Positions 41,201 through 52,952 of a stretch of 64,000 bases of DNA are shown piece after piece. Location: positions 136,219,248 through 136,283,247 of the forward strand of contig NC_068984.1 of assembly GCF_001194135.2 (NCBI RefSeq). Reading direction: 5' to 3'. Each line of letters starts with the position of its first letter. Position 1 is the first letter of the stretch. The position numbers and the translations under genes were made by a program. The notes under the pieces are model-generated. The model was given only the letters and a program-made list of their open reading frames with translations, did no database searches and was not told the origin of the DNA. Source of the DNA: Octopus bimaculoides (taxonomy: Eukaryota).

Positions 41201-43084
41201 GAATATCGTTCATACAGTATCATGTTATAACACTCTATTAAAAACAAATAATGCTTTATTATAATCTTCTAAAATATATTCATGCATGCTGCATGTTTCA
41301 ACATGCATTTATTGCCTTTGTTGGTGTTTTTTATTCGTTTAAATCTAATCATCTTTTTTTTAAAATCACGAAATAAATAAATAGGGTAATGATTATATAT
41401 TCTTATTTAGTACCTAAAAACACACAGCATTATGCATATGGTGATACAAATTTATTCGTATTACGATAAACAACAGAAAATGCATATTGTTAGATACATT
41501 TTAAATAATTTATACAACAATTCGAAATAATGATACAGGCATATGTGATAATTTGGCTGGACATAAAATATTGTAAAAATTCTGGAAATAATCTAATGAT
41601 ACCTGCTCTGCGATTTTGTTGTAAAGATATACGTTCTAATGAAGTCTTGTCTCTTCTTTTAGATTGTCTTTCATAAGCACACAACATACATTTTTTTTTT
41701 TTTATAAAGTACTAGTTCTTTAACTTATTCTATGAATTATAAGCATATAAATAAAATGGATTTCCAGACCTGCAAAAACAAAAATGTAGGTTTGTTTTTT
41801 TATGTATAATTTTTTTGTTTTTTATTTAGTCGATAATGACAAATTCATAAAGTTCCAACTGATTATAGCTATTTCGGATTCTAAATCTCATCAGTGTGGC
41901 ATCGAGATCATGACTGCAACTTTTGAAATTACAGTTGAAAATGGCGAGCACATTGATTTATTCATTAACTTTCCAGTTCAACAATTTGTATGTATGAAAT
42001 ATCAAGGAAAGCTGCATTTTTGAAATGTGAAACGCCTCTACTATCATATCGACTGCAGCATCATCCTCTGTATTAACTGAATTGTAGAAGGCGGTGATTT
42101 CCATGCCCTAAAAGATCAACAAACACGTATACCTATCATATCAGCAGAAATAGGATTTCATGTGTCTTGTTGCTTACTACTCTCAAAACACTGACGGGAG
42201 AAGTAGAAAAGGTAAGAATAGCGAAAGGAAATAGATCGACAGTCTGTCGCAGATCTGGAGTAGAAAAAAACTTCCATCGATGGGGTCGCGGATAGTGACG
42301 AAAGCACTTTGACAAACCTATTCACTTACCGGTTGATTAAACGATTAATCAATTGATTAGTTAATTGGTTAAATGTTAAATTGACTGATAATAATAAAAG
42401 CAGTGAAATAGAATCAGTGCGTATGTTTAACACTGGTGCAATGACTCTTGCGAAATGCAACATTTTTTTTAAAGAAATAAGAGCTTTTAAAAATATTCTG
42501 GGTTGTTTCCCAAGTATCTCATCTGACTAAGGCGAAGATAATTTATATCAATATTAAAAATGTAAGAATGCTGTCTATCACTGCATCTGGAAGCACTCGA
42601 AATTTGGCTCCATTTATAATCGAATAATATCTTTAAATGGAGGAGATAAAATCGATGAGATTCTTAAATATCCCACCAAACGAAGATTATATTATTGTTC
42701 TTGACAGTTTGTACTGATGAATTGTTTCGCAAATTCTAATTATTTTATTCCCCAGTTAGTTCTTCCCGCAAGCCTTATGTACAAAATATTCCTCTCAAAA
42801 TATCCCGAGTATCTCACCCAATCTTCGCATTTCACTCACTTTGAATTAATAATTATGTCTTTTATGCTTTGTCTGCCGATTGCTTTCTTGTTGTCATAAT
42901 CGCTAGTTTGGGCACAAATCTGGATAATAATTAAGATAGCGTATGGCTTAGTTGTTAAACCATTTGAACATATTCTACTGGAAATCAGTCCGTAATATAT
43001 AACTGAATTTAAGTTAATTCTAGGCACCATGAAACCTGTAATAGTTTTGTGTTGACTCAACGCTAAACTGTGAACTATGTCCAT

Positions 43085-43300
43085 TAGCTGCGATATGGCA
43101 GTATTGTTAGCGCGCCGGGAGAAATGCTGAGCGGCATTTCGTCTGTCTTAACGTTCTCAGTTCAAATCCCGCCGAGGTCAGCTATACCTTTTATTATGTC
43201 GGTGTCGATAAAATAAGTACCAGTTGGACACTGGGATCGAAGTATTCCACTTACTCCCTTCCCTAAAAGTGTTGTCCTCCTGCCAGAATTTGAAACCAAT
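43085..43300 (+). mobile_element. SINE family B
   Basis: GAAATGCTGAGCGGCATTTCGTCTGTCTTAACGTTCTCAGTTCAAATCCCGCCGAGGTC..GTCGATAAAATAAGTACCAG. Confidence 0.85.
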
Positions 43301-43550
43301 TTTCTACATTTTACTCATCATATTTCAGCAATCCCAAAAACATTACAAAAACATCTCTTCATTCTATTATTAAAAAATATATTTTCAGTAGGAATAACAT
43401 TTTCTTATATTCAAAGTTCTACTACTAAAAGTGATATCTACATTCTTTTAGTTTTTGGTTTAGTTTGGTGTTGTTCTTAATCATATTGTCTCAGTAGTAA
43501 AACAAAAGAATGGAGGGGATAAATGCTTTTATCCTGGGCCTCAACAAATT

Positions 43551-43727
43551 TGGTATCACAGCTGAATTCAGTCATATAATTATACGGTGTCTCAATTGGT
43601 AAGCTACATCTTTGAAATGTGAAACGCCTCTACTATCATATCGACTGCAGTATCATCCTCTGTATTAACCGAACTGGTGTCACAGCTGAGTTCAGTCATA
43701 TAATTATACGGTGTCTCAATTAGTAAG
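43551..43727 (+). repeat. 53-bp direct repeats flanking a 71-bp spacer that is also present at ~42012-42082
   Basis: 43551-43603 versus 43675-43727 show 3 mismatches. The spacer core TTTGAAATGTGAAACGCCTCTACTATCATATCGACTGCAG is shared with 42019-42058. Confidence 0.95.
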
Positions 43728-45334
43728 ATATATGTCTTTGACCGAAGTACTGATGATCATTGTCTTCTTATTAGAAGCCCTTCCTCCATTGGACAAAAAC
43801 GTTTATTTTTAATATTGCTGTGAATATATATACACGTTCCTCACCTACAATCTTAATGGAATCGGCCTGTTTAGAAATTACCTATTAACTAACTAACCGT
43901 GAAATAGGTAGCACTATGATAGCTGGTATCATTAGTAGGTAAAAACGGCAAAACACATGATGTTAAGTAGAGGAAGAACCACATCGAAGATGGATACACA
44001 GATAAATCTAAAGTCGAGTATAACAGGTACATTTATGCAACACATTCATAAATTCCACAAAAGCAAGTATGAGTTTGAACAACGGTCAAAGAGGACAAGT
44101 AATATGCCGGAAATATGAAACACCCTCAACTGTTGTATTTGCATACCAGATGAAATATTGTTTCTTTGTAGTTTTCTCAATTATCTCCATACGAGTTCTA
44201 AGGCTTGAAAGTTGTATATTACTCCATTAGTAACTTGATAAGAATTGAACTACTTTAGATCTGTTTAAAGTAGGTTGAAACCACTTAATGTAGATTTTGG
44301 CCGAGGTTTCTATACCTTTAGTTTTTAAATTAAGTACCGTCGGATCATCCAATGCCTGGTCTTTGGATCTGCTGCCTATGGCACAATGATAGCAATAACG
44401 TTGTTAATTCACACACAAACATTCCTTTGTGGTTAGACTACAATACGAAGAACACATTAGAAGTTGGATATACCAAGCTTTTCAATCAACTAGAAATGTT
44501 CTATAAAGATAGATAAACCTTAAATGACTGCACATAAATAGGATTTCCTCTTTTTCATTCGCATTATATTCAAAATTTCTTCCGCATTATTTATGTTCTT
44601 TTATGTTCAATGAAACATAATAGCAACGATGGCTGGCCTGTACCAAATATTTAACCTCATGAAAGAGGCATTAATAAATAACACAGAGCTAATTCTTTCT
44701 TCACATTTATATCATTAACTTGACAAGTGCATTCAATAGGAGGCCAAAGAAATATTGAAGCTTAACTGGGACAACGACTTCGCATTTGAAAACACATAAA
44801 CAGGAGGAAAAAAGATCAATTGGAAAATATATATAACATATATTTTGTCAGTCTGCAAACACAGAGGAGTCCTTTGAAAATGTCGCCAACGCATCGAGTC
44901 TATAATTGAATAAAAAGACTGTTATTCAAACACAAAAAGCCCACAAAATAACGATGTTCGGTTGTTAACAGGGAAAAAAGTTAGGAGACTGAAGCAGATT
45001 CCCCTATCATTATCATTACCATTTTTTGTATCGATTCTGATGTTGTTGTTGTTGTTCTTGTTGTTGTTGTTGTTTTTGGTGTTTGCAATGAACGGATGTG
45101 TTTATGAAAGTATCTTTCTCTCGATGGTAAAAGAGGGTTCTCTTTTTATATGATATTATTTTGTCAGCAAATGATCCGAGAATGTTCAAGTGTTCGCCCC
45201 CACTAAGCAGGAATCGTTGGAGAAATAAGGTTTGTCATGAAACAAGCAAATACTGGTTATTCATGACTTTATATAGGCTCCGCTGGAAAATCGCACTAAC
45301 AGGCGACTAAGAATTCGGATCTCCTGCTTATCTC

Positions 45335-45535
45335 TCTCTTTTACTCTTTTACTTGTTTCAGTCATTTGACTGCGGCCACGCTGGAGCACCGACTTTAGTC
45401 GATCAAATCAACCCCTCGACTTAAGCCTAGTACTTATTCTATCGGTCTCTTTTGCCGAACCGCTAGGTGACTGGGACTAAACACACCATCATCGGTTGTC
45501 AAGCAATGCTAGGGGGACAAACACAGACACACAAA
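45335..45535 (-). mobile_element. SINE family A 3' half
   Basis: TTTTACTCTTTTACTTGTTTCAGTCATTTGACTGCGGCCACGCTGGAGCACCG.. Confidence 0.9.
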
Positions 45536-45699
45536 CACACAGACACACACACACACGCACACACACACACACACACGCACGCACGCACGCACGCACGCAC
45601 ACACACACATATATATATATGAAATTGCTTCTTCCTCTGTGCTGCAAATACTAGGTATTGAAGAAGGAGGAGACAATCAATAAACTATATCTTAATGAT

Positions 45700-46250
45700 T
45701 TGTTTCGATTTTGTAACTTTATTGTATCAAAAGTGTGTTAGAAATGTTTGAAGTTCCTTGTAGAGCTATTTCTCTATGCTCAGCTATTCGTAAAGCTGGA
45801 ATCTTGGTTATTCCTTTATCTGCATGGCTTAATCTTTTCTAATTCAGATTGTTTGTTTTCAGTATCCGTGTTCACATAACATTTAGTTGTAGCTTTTGTT
45901 TTTTATCTCTAGATCATTTCTGAATTTTTTTGGAGAAACGTACATCATCGTCTGGTTGTGTATGATATTTTAAGTAGAAGGCACTTCTTTCGAATAATTC
46001 ATAGCAAGAATGACAGCGACATTATTTCTGACCTTTTTGCCTGCTTGTACTGAAATATCACACACTATTGTGGATTCGTCCTTGTTTTGGAATATTAATT
46101 CAGTCACTCTCCTGTTGGCATTTCATAATCTTGAGATAAACTCTATTGCAATTCCCAACTATCATGTTTGCTGATGTATTTTAACTCGCCAAAGACTGCA
46201 AGCCCTTGACAATCAAGTCAATTATTTCCTAATAACCTGCACATAATCTA
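45700..46250 (-). mobile_element. Old R4/Dong-type LINE 3' remnant
   Basis: The minus strand ends KIPALRIAEHREIALQGTSNISNTLLIQ, a degenerate version of IQKIALLGTAHILRKTLSIQ. Confidence 0.5.
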
Positions 46251-46959
46251 TTGTTGTTTAATGTATTCTGCTTCATTATTTACTTTTATTTGGTACTATT
46301 TACAATGCTTCTCATTCTATACTATAATTAATAATCTTGATGTCTCAGTTTTCAGTTCTAAACTTTTCAACCAGTATTGGAATTTTCTTTTGTCTATTTC
46401 TTCGCACTTATTGGTCAAGCATATTCTGCCATTGCTTTATGATGACATATTGTAACACTATTTCTAACTAAGTTTTCACTTTTATATATATATTCTTTAT
46501 TTGTTTCTCCATTTCGCTCACAGCAAAAAATGTCATGTTAGCTCTTGGTTTTTATATCTCTTCTTTCTTGAAGATGAAGCAATTTTTATTTAACTCTTTG
46601 AACTTGTGTCTATTTATTTTCCATTTGTTGTCCTTTACCAGACATATGTTTTTAGTCCTACAATAGACATTTCATGAAAGAATTTTATTTGCGTAAGGCC
46701 ATTTCCAATCAAGATTCGGATGATAAATTTTAAAGTTGTCATTCTTTTCTTGTTTTCCTGTCAACTCTTGCTAAGTAATTTAGTTTCAGCTGAGACTATT
46801 ATAAATATAATTTATTATTAAGACAAGCATCCTCCTATTTCATCTTATTTATTTACTTATTTATTGGTACCTAACTCTGTTGGAAGATTAATCAAATGCA
46901 GTTATAATTTTCTTTCCTAAATGTTCTTTTATTTATGTTGTGCATATATGTAAGTCTGT

Positions 46960-47423
46960 ACGGTGGTGAGCTGGCAGAAACGTTAGCACGCCGGGCGAAA
47001 TGCTTAGCGGTATTGTTACTTGTGATTAAGTCTGTGGTGTTTTTTTTGCTTGAAAATTAGTGTTGAAATTGTTGAAATTGTTGTTGCTGAATTCGTTCCT
47101 TGTTCTGTTGTTAGATATAGCGTTCTGCCTGTAACAGACGGTGTGAACTCTTTCTGTGGCGTTTTTCCACAAATTTTGAGGCCAATCTAAACGATTGGCC
47201 CCCATCCCCAAAATGTTAGGCCTTGTACCTAGTGTAGAAAAGAATATATGTAAGCTTGTTATTTCGTCTGTCTTTACATTCTGAGTTCAAATTTCGCCGA
47301 GTTCGACTTTGCCTTTCATCCTTTCGGGGTCTATTAATTAAGTACCAATTGCGTACTGGCGTCGATCTAATCGACTGACTCCCTCTCAAAAAATTTCGGG
47401 CCTTGTGCCTAGAGTAAAATATA
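46960..47423 (+). mobile_element. SINE family B interrupted by a ~245-bp insert that contains a second copy of its own tail and TSD
   Basis: The head 46960-47014 resumes at 47260. ATATATGTAAG(T/C)(C/T)TGT occurs at 46944, 47244 and 47424. Confidence 0.85.
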
Positions 47424-48130
47424 ATATATGTAAGTTTGTGTTTGTTCTAATTCTTTTGTCTGCTTCTTTAACTAATATTATTGTCACGTTCTTAGTTTTC
47501 CTCTCTTCAGATTTGCCTTGGTGTGCATTTTTCTAATACGAATCACATATCAATGCTTTTGATAATTCAGTGTAATATTTCTGGCAGTATCTCTAATTGT
47601 CTATAATCAGCCACTTACAACTTAACATCATTCTCTGACAGTATTTCTATTAGTGCGCATTATTATTTAATATGTCACTTAAAGGTGTTCAAGCAAGGGA
47701 GAAATGGAGTGAAAATTGGTCGTTAACTTAGATTATATATCATACCTATTGGAGTTTTCTCGATGTATATATTTCCTTCCCTTTTTTTTTTTTTTTGAGA
47801 ATATGCAGAATTATTTGTCATATAATCTTAATGATTTTTCAGGCTAACTTACGCGCTGATAACAGCCTTCTGGTAGTCAATACATGGCATGCTGTCACTC
47901 TTGCTTCTACAGTTTAAGTTCAAAACATTGTTGATACTAACTGATACTTGCATCCATAAGAGACTTTGTAACATCTATTCTGTTCTTCTCAAAAAAACAA
48001 AAAAACAAATCCATGTTTTCTTTCTTTGTCGTTTTGTGAGAAGTGATATATATAGTCTCCGGGCTTGACCCAAGTATTTGCAGTAGAGTGAAGACTTCTA
48101 AGGGAACCCTCTTCTAAGTAAAAAGTAATC

Positions 48131-48536
48131 GTGTGGCTGTGTGGTAAGTAGCTTGCTTACGAACCACATGGTTCCGGGTTCAGTCCCACTGCGTGGCACC
48201 TTGGGCAAGTGTCTTCTACTATAGCCTCGGGCCGACCAAAGCCTTGTGAGTGGATTTGGTAGACGGAAACTGAAAGAGGCCCGTCGTATATATGTATATA
48301 TATGTATGTGTGTGTGTATGTTTGTGTGCCTGTGTTTGTCCACCACCCCCAACATCACCTGACAACCGATGCTGGTGTGTTTACGTCCCTGTAACTTAGC
48401 GGTTCGGCAAAAGAGACTGATAGAATAAGTACTAGGCTTCCAAAGAATAAGATCTGGGGTCGATTTGCTCGACTAAAGGCGGTGCTCCAGCATGGCCACA
48501 GTCAAATGACTGAAACAGGTAAAAGAGTAAAAGAGT
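48131..48536 (+). mobile_element. Near-full-length tRNA-derived SINE family A (CORE-like block, internal TA/TG microsatellite, GTAAAAGA tail)
   Basis: It has a tRNA-like head (TGGCTGTGTGGTAAG..GGTTCAGTCC), the CORE-like GGCACCTTGGGCAAGTG, and tail GACTGAAACAGGTAAAAGAGTAAAAGAG. Many other copies occur in this window. Confidence 0.9.
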
Positions 48537-48854
48537 ATCAAACCATGCAACGAATTACATCTACCACTTAAAAATTCAGAAAACAAATAGGCAGAACATA
48601 TATTGTAAGGCTACATCATTGCCCTGGATGAGTATGATTTTTATTGATCCTTAATGGATGGAAGGTAATGTTGGCCTCGGCAAGATGTGAACTGAGAGTG
48701 GAGCGAGCTGGAATACATATTGAAAGGCATATTGTCCATGAGTAACGAATCGAGCAATTTACAGAATTTATACTCTCTGTGATATTATTATTGTTAAACT
48801 TCTGTATATAGTAGGAAGAGAGGAAATGTCAAAGGGAAATATTCAGAATCATGT

Positions 48855-49065
48855 CAAAATCGCTAACTTCAAGGAATATTTATATAGAAAGACGAAAACA
48901 TCTGTATAAAAGTTACGTGCAGTCCATATTTTGTAAAACATGGGGAGCGAAGAAAATGTTATCTGACAAACTAGAATTTACAGTATTGACATACAGAAGA
49001 ATGTTAAAAATATCTTGCACAAAACGAAACTAATGAAGAAGTGCTACAATCTGTAAACCCCCAAA
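48855..49065 (+). mobile_element. RTE-clade LINE C-terminal remnant
   Basis: HLYKSYVQSIFCKTW..KLEFTVLTYRRMLKISCTKRN followed by EEVL resembles the RTE motif YRRMLxISW..TNEEVL. Confidence 0.65.
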
Positions 49066-49084
49066 AGATCATTACTCTCACCTA

Positions 49085-49800
49085 ATATTGGTTTCATATT
49101 TTAGAACAAGGCCAGCAATTTTGGGGAAGGATAAGTCGATGATATCGACCCCTCAGTTTTTAATTGGTACTTATTTCATCGACCCTAGGAAGATCGAAGG
49201 CAAACTCGACTTCGACGACATTTGAACTCGGTGCGTAAAGACAGTTGAAATGCCACCAAGCACTTTGCCCGGCGTGCTAAAAATTCCGTTAACTTGCTGG
49301 CTTACTCTCAACTAATATTCTTTTCTACTCAAAGCACGAGGCCCAAAATTCTTCGGNNNNNNNNNNNNNNNNNNNNNNNNNNNNNNNNNNNNNNNNNNNN
49401 NNNNNNNNNNNNNNNNNNNNNNGCGTAACTGGTACTTAATTTATCGACCCCGAATGGCAAAGTCGACCTCGGCGGAATTTGAACTCAGAGCATATAGACA
49501 GACGAAATACCGCTAAGCACTTCACCCAGCGTGCTAACGTTTCTTATTTCTTTACTGCCCACAAGGGGCTAAACATAGAGGGGACAAACATAGACAGACA
49601 AAGTGATTAAGTCGATTACATCGATCCCAGTGCGTAACTGGTACTTAATTTATCGACCCCGAACGGATAAAAGGCAAAGTCGACTTCGGCGGAATTTGAA
49701 CTCAGACGAAGTTCAGACAAAAAAAAAAAAGACAGACGAAAAACTGTTAAGCACGTAACCCAACGTGCTAACGTTTCTGCCAGCTCACCACCTTACTCTC
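49085..49800 (-). mobile_element. Three head-to-tail SINE family B copies (one spans a small gap)
   Basis: GGTACTTA(A/T)TT..ATCGACCC..GGCAAA(G/C)TCGAC..CG(G/A)C..ATTTGAACTC repeats at ~49165, 49430 and 49640. Confidence 0.85.
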
Positions 49801-50049
49801 AGCTAATATTATAAACAAGCTAAAGTACTTTGGTCATATACTAAGAGCAGAAGGTATAAAAAGTGTACTACAGCAAAAGGAAAAATAAATGGCAAATGTT
49901 CAAGACGAAGATCTAGAACAAACTGTTCCTTTGACCATATGTATGAAAATGGATTCTGATCAGTGAGGCAGTCAGCTACTGGGTAACTCTGCTCGCTTTT
50001 TTTTTTACGCAGACAAAAGCAAATTTCTAGTACAAATTCCACTATATTG

Positions 50050-51060
50050 TTGCCTGTATGTTCATTAGATATTTCGATGCAACATCAGCTATGGTCACAT
50101 TTCAATCTTTGTATATTATCCTTTTGGCTGAACAGTCTTTTCGATAGGCCTCTTCCACTCCTGCTTACATTATTCCTCTATTTCCGTTCTTCGGTAATCC
50201 AGTAACCCTTTCTTTAGGTACAGCCATTTGTTCTTGTCATCTCCTGTCTCTTCCGTCTTCCTCAAAAACTTTGAGAGAAGCTTCTTTTCTTCGAAGCTTC
50301 ATTTCCTCGTTTCGACTCTTTCTTGTTTTCTCGTTTTTGATTCTTCATATCTTGTAAATCATCCTCCGCCTCCTACCTGCAGTTTTACAACCTCTTTGAG
50401 AATCGTTAACTCTTTTCCTCCTTCCGCTCTTTTGCATGTTGTGAGCTGCTTCCAGATTTCATTTTACCACAGGTCCTCCCTCCGTTCGATATTTCAGACT
50501 ATAATAGCGCTTCTACCTTTTTTGCGGATCCCTAGTATGGTTTCACATTTAATTATAATTTTAATATCTTCATTCTGCAAATGTAGTCTTTATTGACAAT
50601 TTCCTTCATTTTTATACTAATAATTTTGCTATTCTCTAGTATTTTTCTAGATATTTATTTGATTCTTCTGCGTTTAATGATATTATATTCTCATTATTAG
50701 GTATACTGCAGTCATTTTTATGAGTTTTCGTACTTCTCTTCCAGCGAACAATTTTTTTTTATCTGAAAGTCATCTCAATATCATTACTAAATATCCTTAT
50801 GCTTTGCACCAAAGAATCAACTTAGTTCTGGACTTTGTCATAGAGCTTTAAATTATTCATTGATGAATGATTGAATTTTCCCTATTCTTTCCCAATTAAG
50901 GCTAGCTTCTTTACTATATTCAACAAATGGAACAGTTTGATTACTATCAATAAGGTAAAAAGTGGGTACCTTCGGATTTCTCTTCTGAACTTTATCCCTG
51001 TTAATTAAACCACTTCTCATTCATTGCTTTCTTTATCAGGCTCTTAATTTTTTTAAGGGG
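50050..51060 (-). mobile_element. Old, degraded R4/Dong-type LINE (RT region and downstream)
   Basis: The minus strand reads MNNLKLYDK..VDSLVQSIRIFSNDIEMTF at ~50770-50880, matching the consensus-like MDDLKLY..DSLVQTVRIFSNDIGMEF. A weaker KWLYLKK segment lies near 50200-50240. Many stops are present. Confidence 0.65.
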
Positions 51061-51212
51061 TTCTAAGCATTGATTGACCCTGAGTGGGAAACTAAGCCAT
51101 ATTCTTTTCTATAATGCATAAATTCCTCAATCTTCCTTGTTTGGAAATTTCCCATGGTCGTCGTGTCACTCAATAATTGGTCTTCACTACTACTACTACT
51201 ACTACTACTACT

Positions 51213-51345
51213 ATGATTGGCTTTTGTTTTGTATTTGTATAAGTTGACTCCAAGTCTCACCCAGAGACCTCAAGGGACAAGTTAGAAATTCAAGTTGACA
51301 TTATGACTAGGGTCCCATTTTTAGGGGTTTTTGCACAGAGTATTC
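51213..51345 (-). mobile_element. 3'UTR fragment of R4/Dong family 2
   Basis: It matches 9530-9650 (GTTGACTCCAAGTCTCACCCAGAGACCTC..GACAAGTTAGAA) and abuts (CTA)n. Confidence 0.8.
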
Positions 51346-51834
51346 TAGAGAACGTCTGTCAAAACATAAGAAAATTAGAACTTTGATTTAAAAGTAATTT
51401 GATTATAAGATGATTGTGTGATCTTAAGGTGACAGTAAAAGGTATTATTATTATTGGTTTCTACGAGCAGTCCTAGGAAGTTCCCCACTTTTGGAGAATT
51501 TTGTTGTTATAATCGATTGTCTGTCATTGTTTGCACGACTTTCGTGTAATCCCACATTCTATTTGTCCTCTCCTGTCCAGAATGTTTTTCTTAATGTAAG
51601 CTCTTTGTGGTTAATAAGGAAATTATTTATATTATAATTATTTTATTGTCTTTGCACAGCTTCGAACGCTGGAGATTTACTACGGTATCAACTGTTCATT
51701 ACCAGTGAACTAAGGTAACACCCCTTAATTTTTATTGCAGTCATTTCTATGGGTTTTCATACTTCTCTACCAGCAAACATTTTTTTTTATCTGAAAGCCA
51801 TCTCAGAATCGTTACTAAATATTATTATTATTAT

Positions 51835-52070
51835 TCAGTAGTTTTATTTTTATAACGTGCTTTCACTTCACTACCGAGCGCAGCTCTGTGCGCCTTGGGT
51901 ATGTGCTGTGGTTTGCTGTGGTGCTCTTATGTTTACTGTATTGAAAGTGTTTTGCGTAGAATGTGTGCAGTACCCAGTAGTGCAATTTTCTGTATGTTAT
52001 ATATATTTGTAAGTCCTGGTGTTTTTGTTATGTATTTGTCTGAATATTTTTTTATTATACCTAAGGCACC
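51835..52070 (-). mobile_element. Young R4/Dong-type LINE 3' fragment, family 1, inside (TAA)n
   Basis: The minus strand encodes GALGIIKKYSDKYITKTPGL..IQKIALLGTAHILRKTLSIQ* plus 3'UTR. It is nearly identical to 56097-56336, and TAA repeats lie on both sides. Confidence 0.9.
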
Positions 52071-52121
<51 letters not shown>

Positions 52122-52870
52122 NNNNNNNNNNNNNNNNNNNNNNNNNNNNNNNNNNNNNNNNNNNNNNNNNNNNNNNNNNNNNNNNNNNNNNNNNNNNNNN
52201 NNNNNNNNNNNNNNNNNNNNNNNNNNNNNNNNNNNNNNNNNNNNNNNNNNNNNNNNNNNNNNNNNNNNNNNNNNNNNNNNNNNNNNNNNNNNNNNNNNNN
52301 NNNNNNNNNNNNNNNNNNNNNNNNNNNNNNNNNNNNNNNNNNNNNNNNNNNNNNNNNNNNNNNNNNNNNNNNNNNNNNNNNNNNNNNNNNNNNNNNNNNN
52401 NNNNNNNNNNNNNNNNNNNNNNNNNNNNNNNNNNNNNNNNNNNNNNNNNNNNNNNNNNNNNNNNNNNNNNNNNNNNNNNNNNNNNNNNNNNNNNNNNNNN
52501 NNNNNNNNNNNNNNNNNNNNNNNNNNNNNNNNNNNNNNNNNNNNNNNNNNNNNNNNNNNNNNNNNNNNNNNNNNNNNNNNNNNNNNNNNNNNNNNNNNNN
52601 NNNNNNNNNNNNNNNNNNNNNNNNNNNNNNNNNNNNNNNNNNNNNNNNNNNNNNNNNNNNNNNNNNNNNNNNNNNNNNNNNNNNNNNNNNNNNNNNNNNN
52701 NNNNNNNNNNNNNNNNNNNNNNNNNNNNNNNNNNNNNNNNNNNNNNNNNNNNNNNNNNNNNNNNNNNNNNNNNNNNNNNNNNNNNNNNNNNNNNNNNNNN
52801 NNNNCATCCGGGCATTATTATTATTATTATTATTATTATTAATATTATTATTATTATTATTATTATTATT

Positions 52871-52952
<82 letters not shown>

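Noticed and set aside
43551-43727. CRISPR-like repeat-spacer-repeat
   Set aside because: There are only two 53-bp repeats, the context is eukaryotic, no cas genes are present, and the spacer has a local source.
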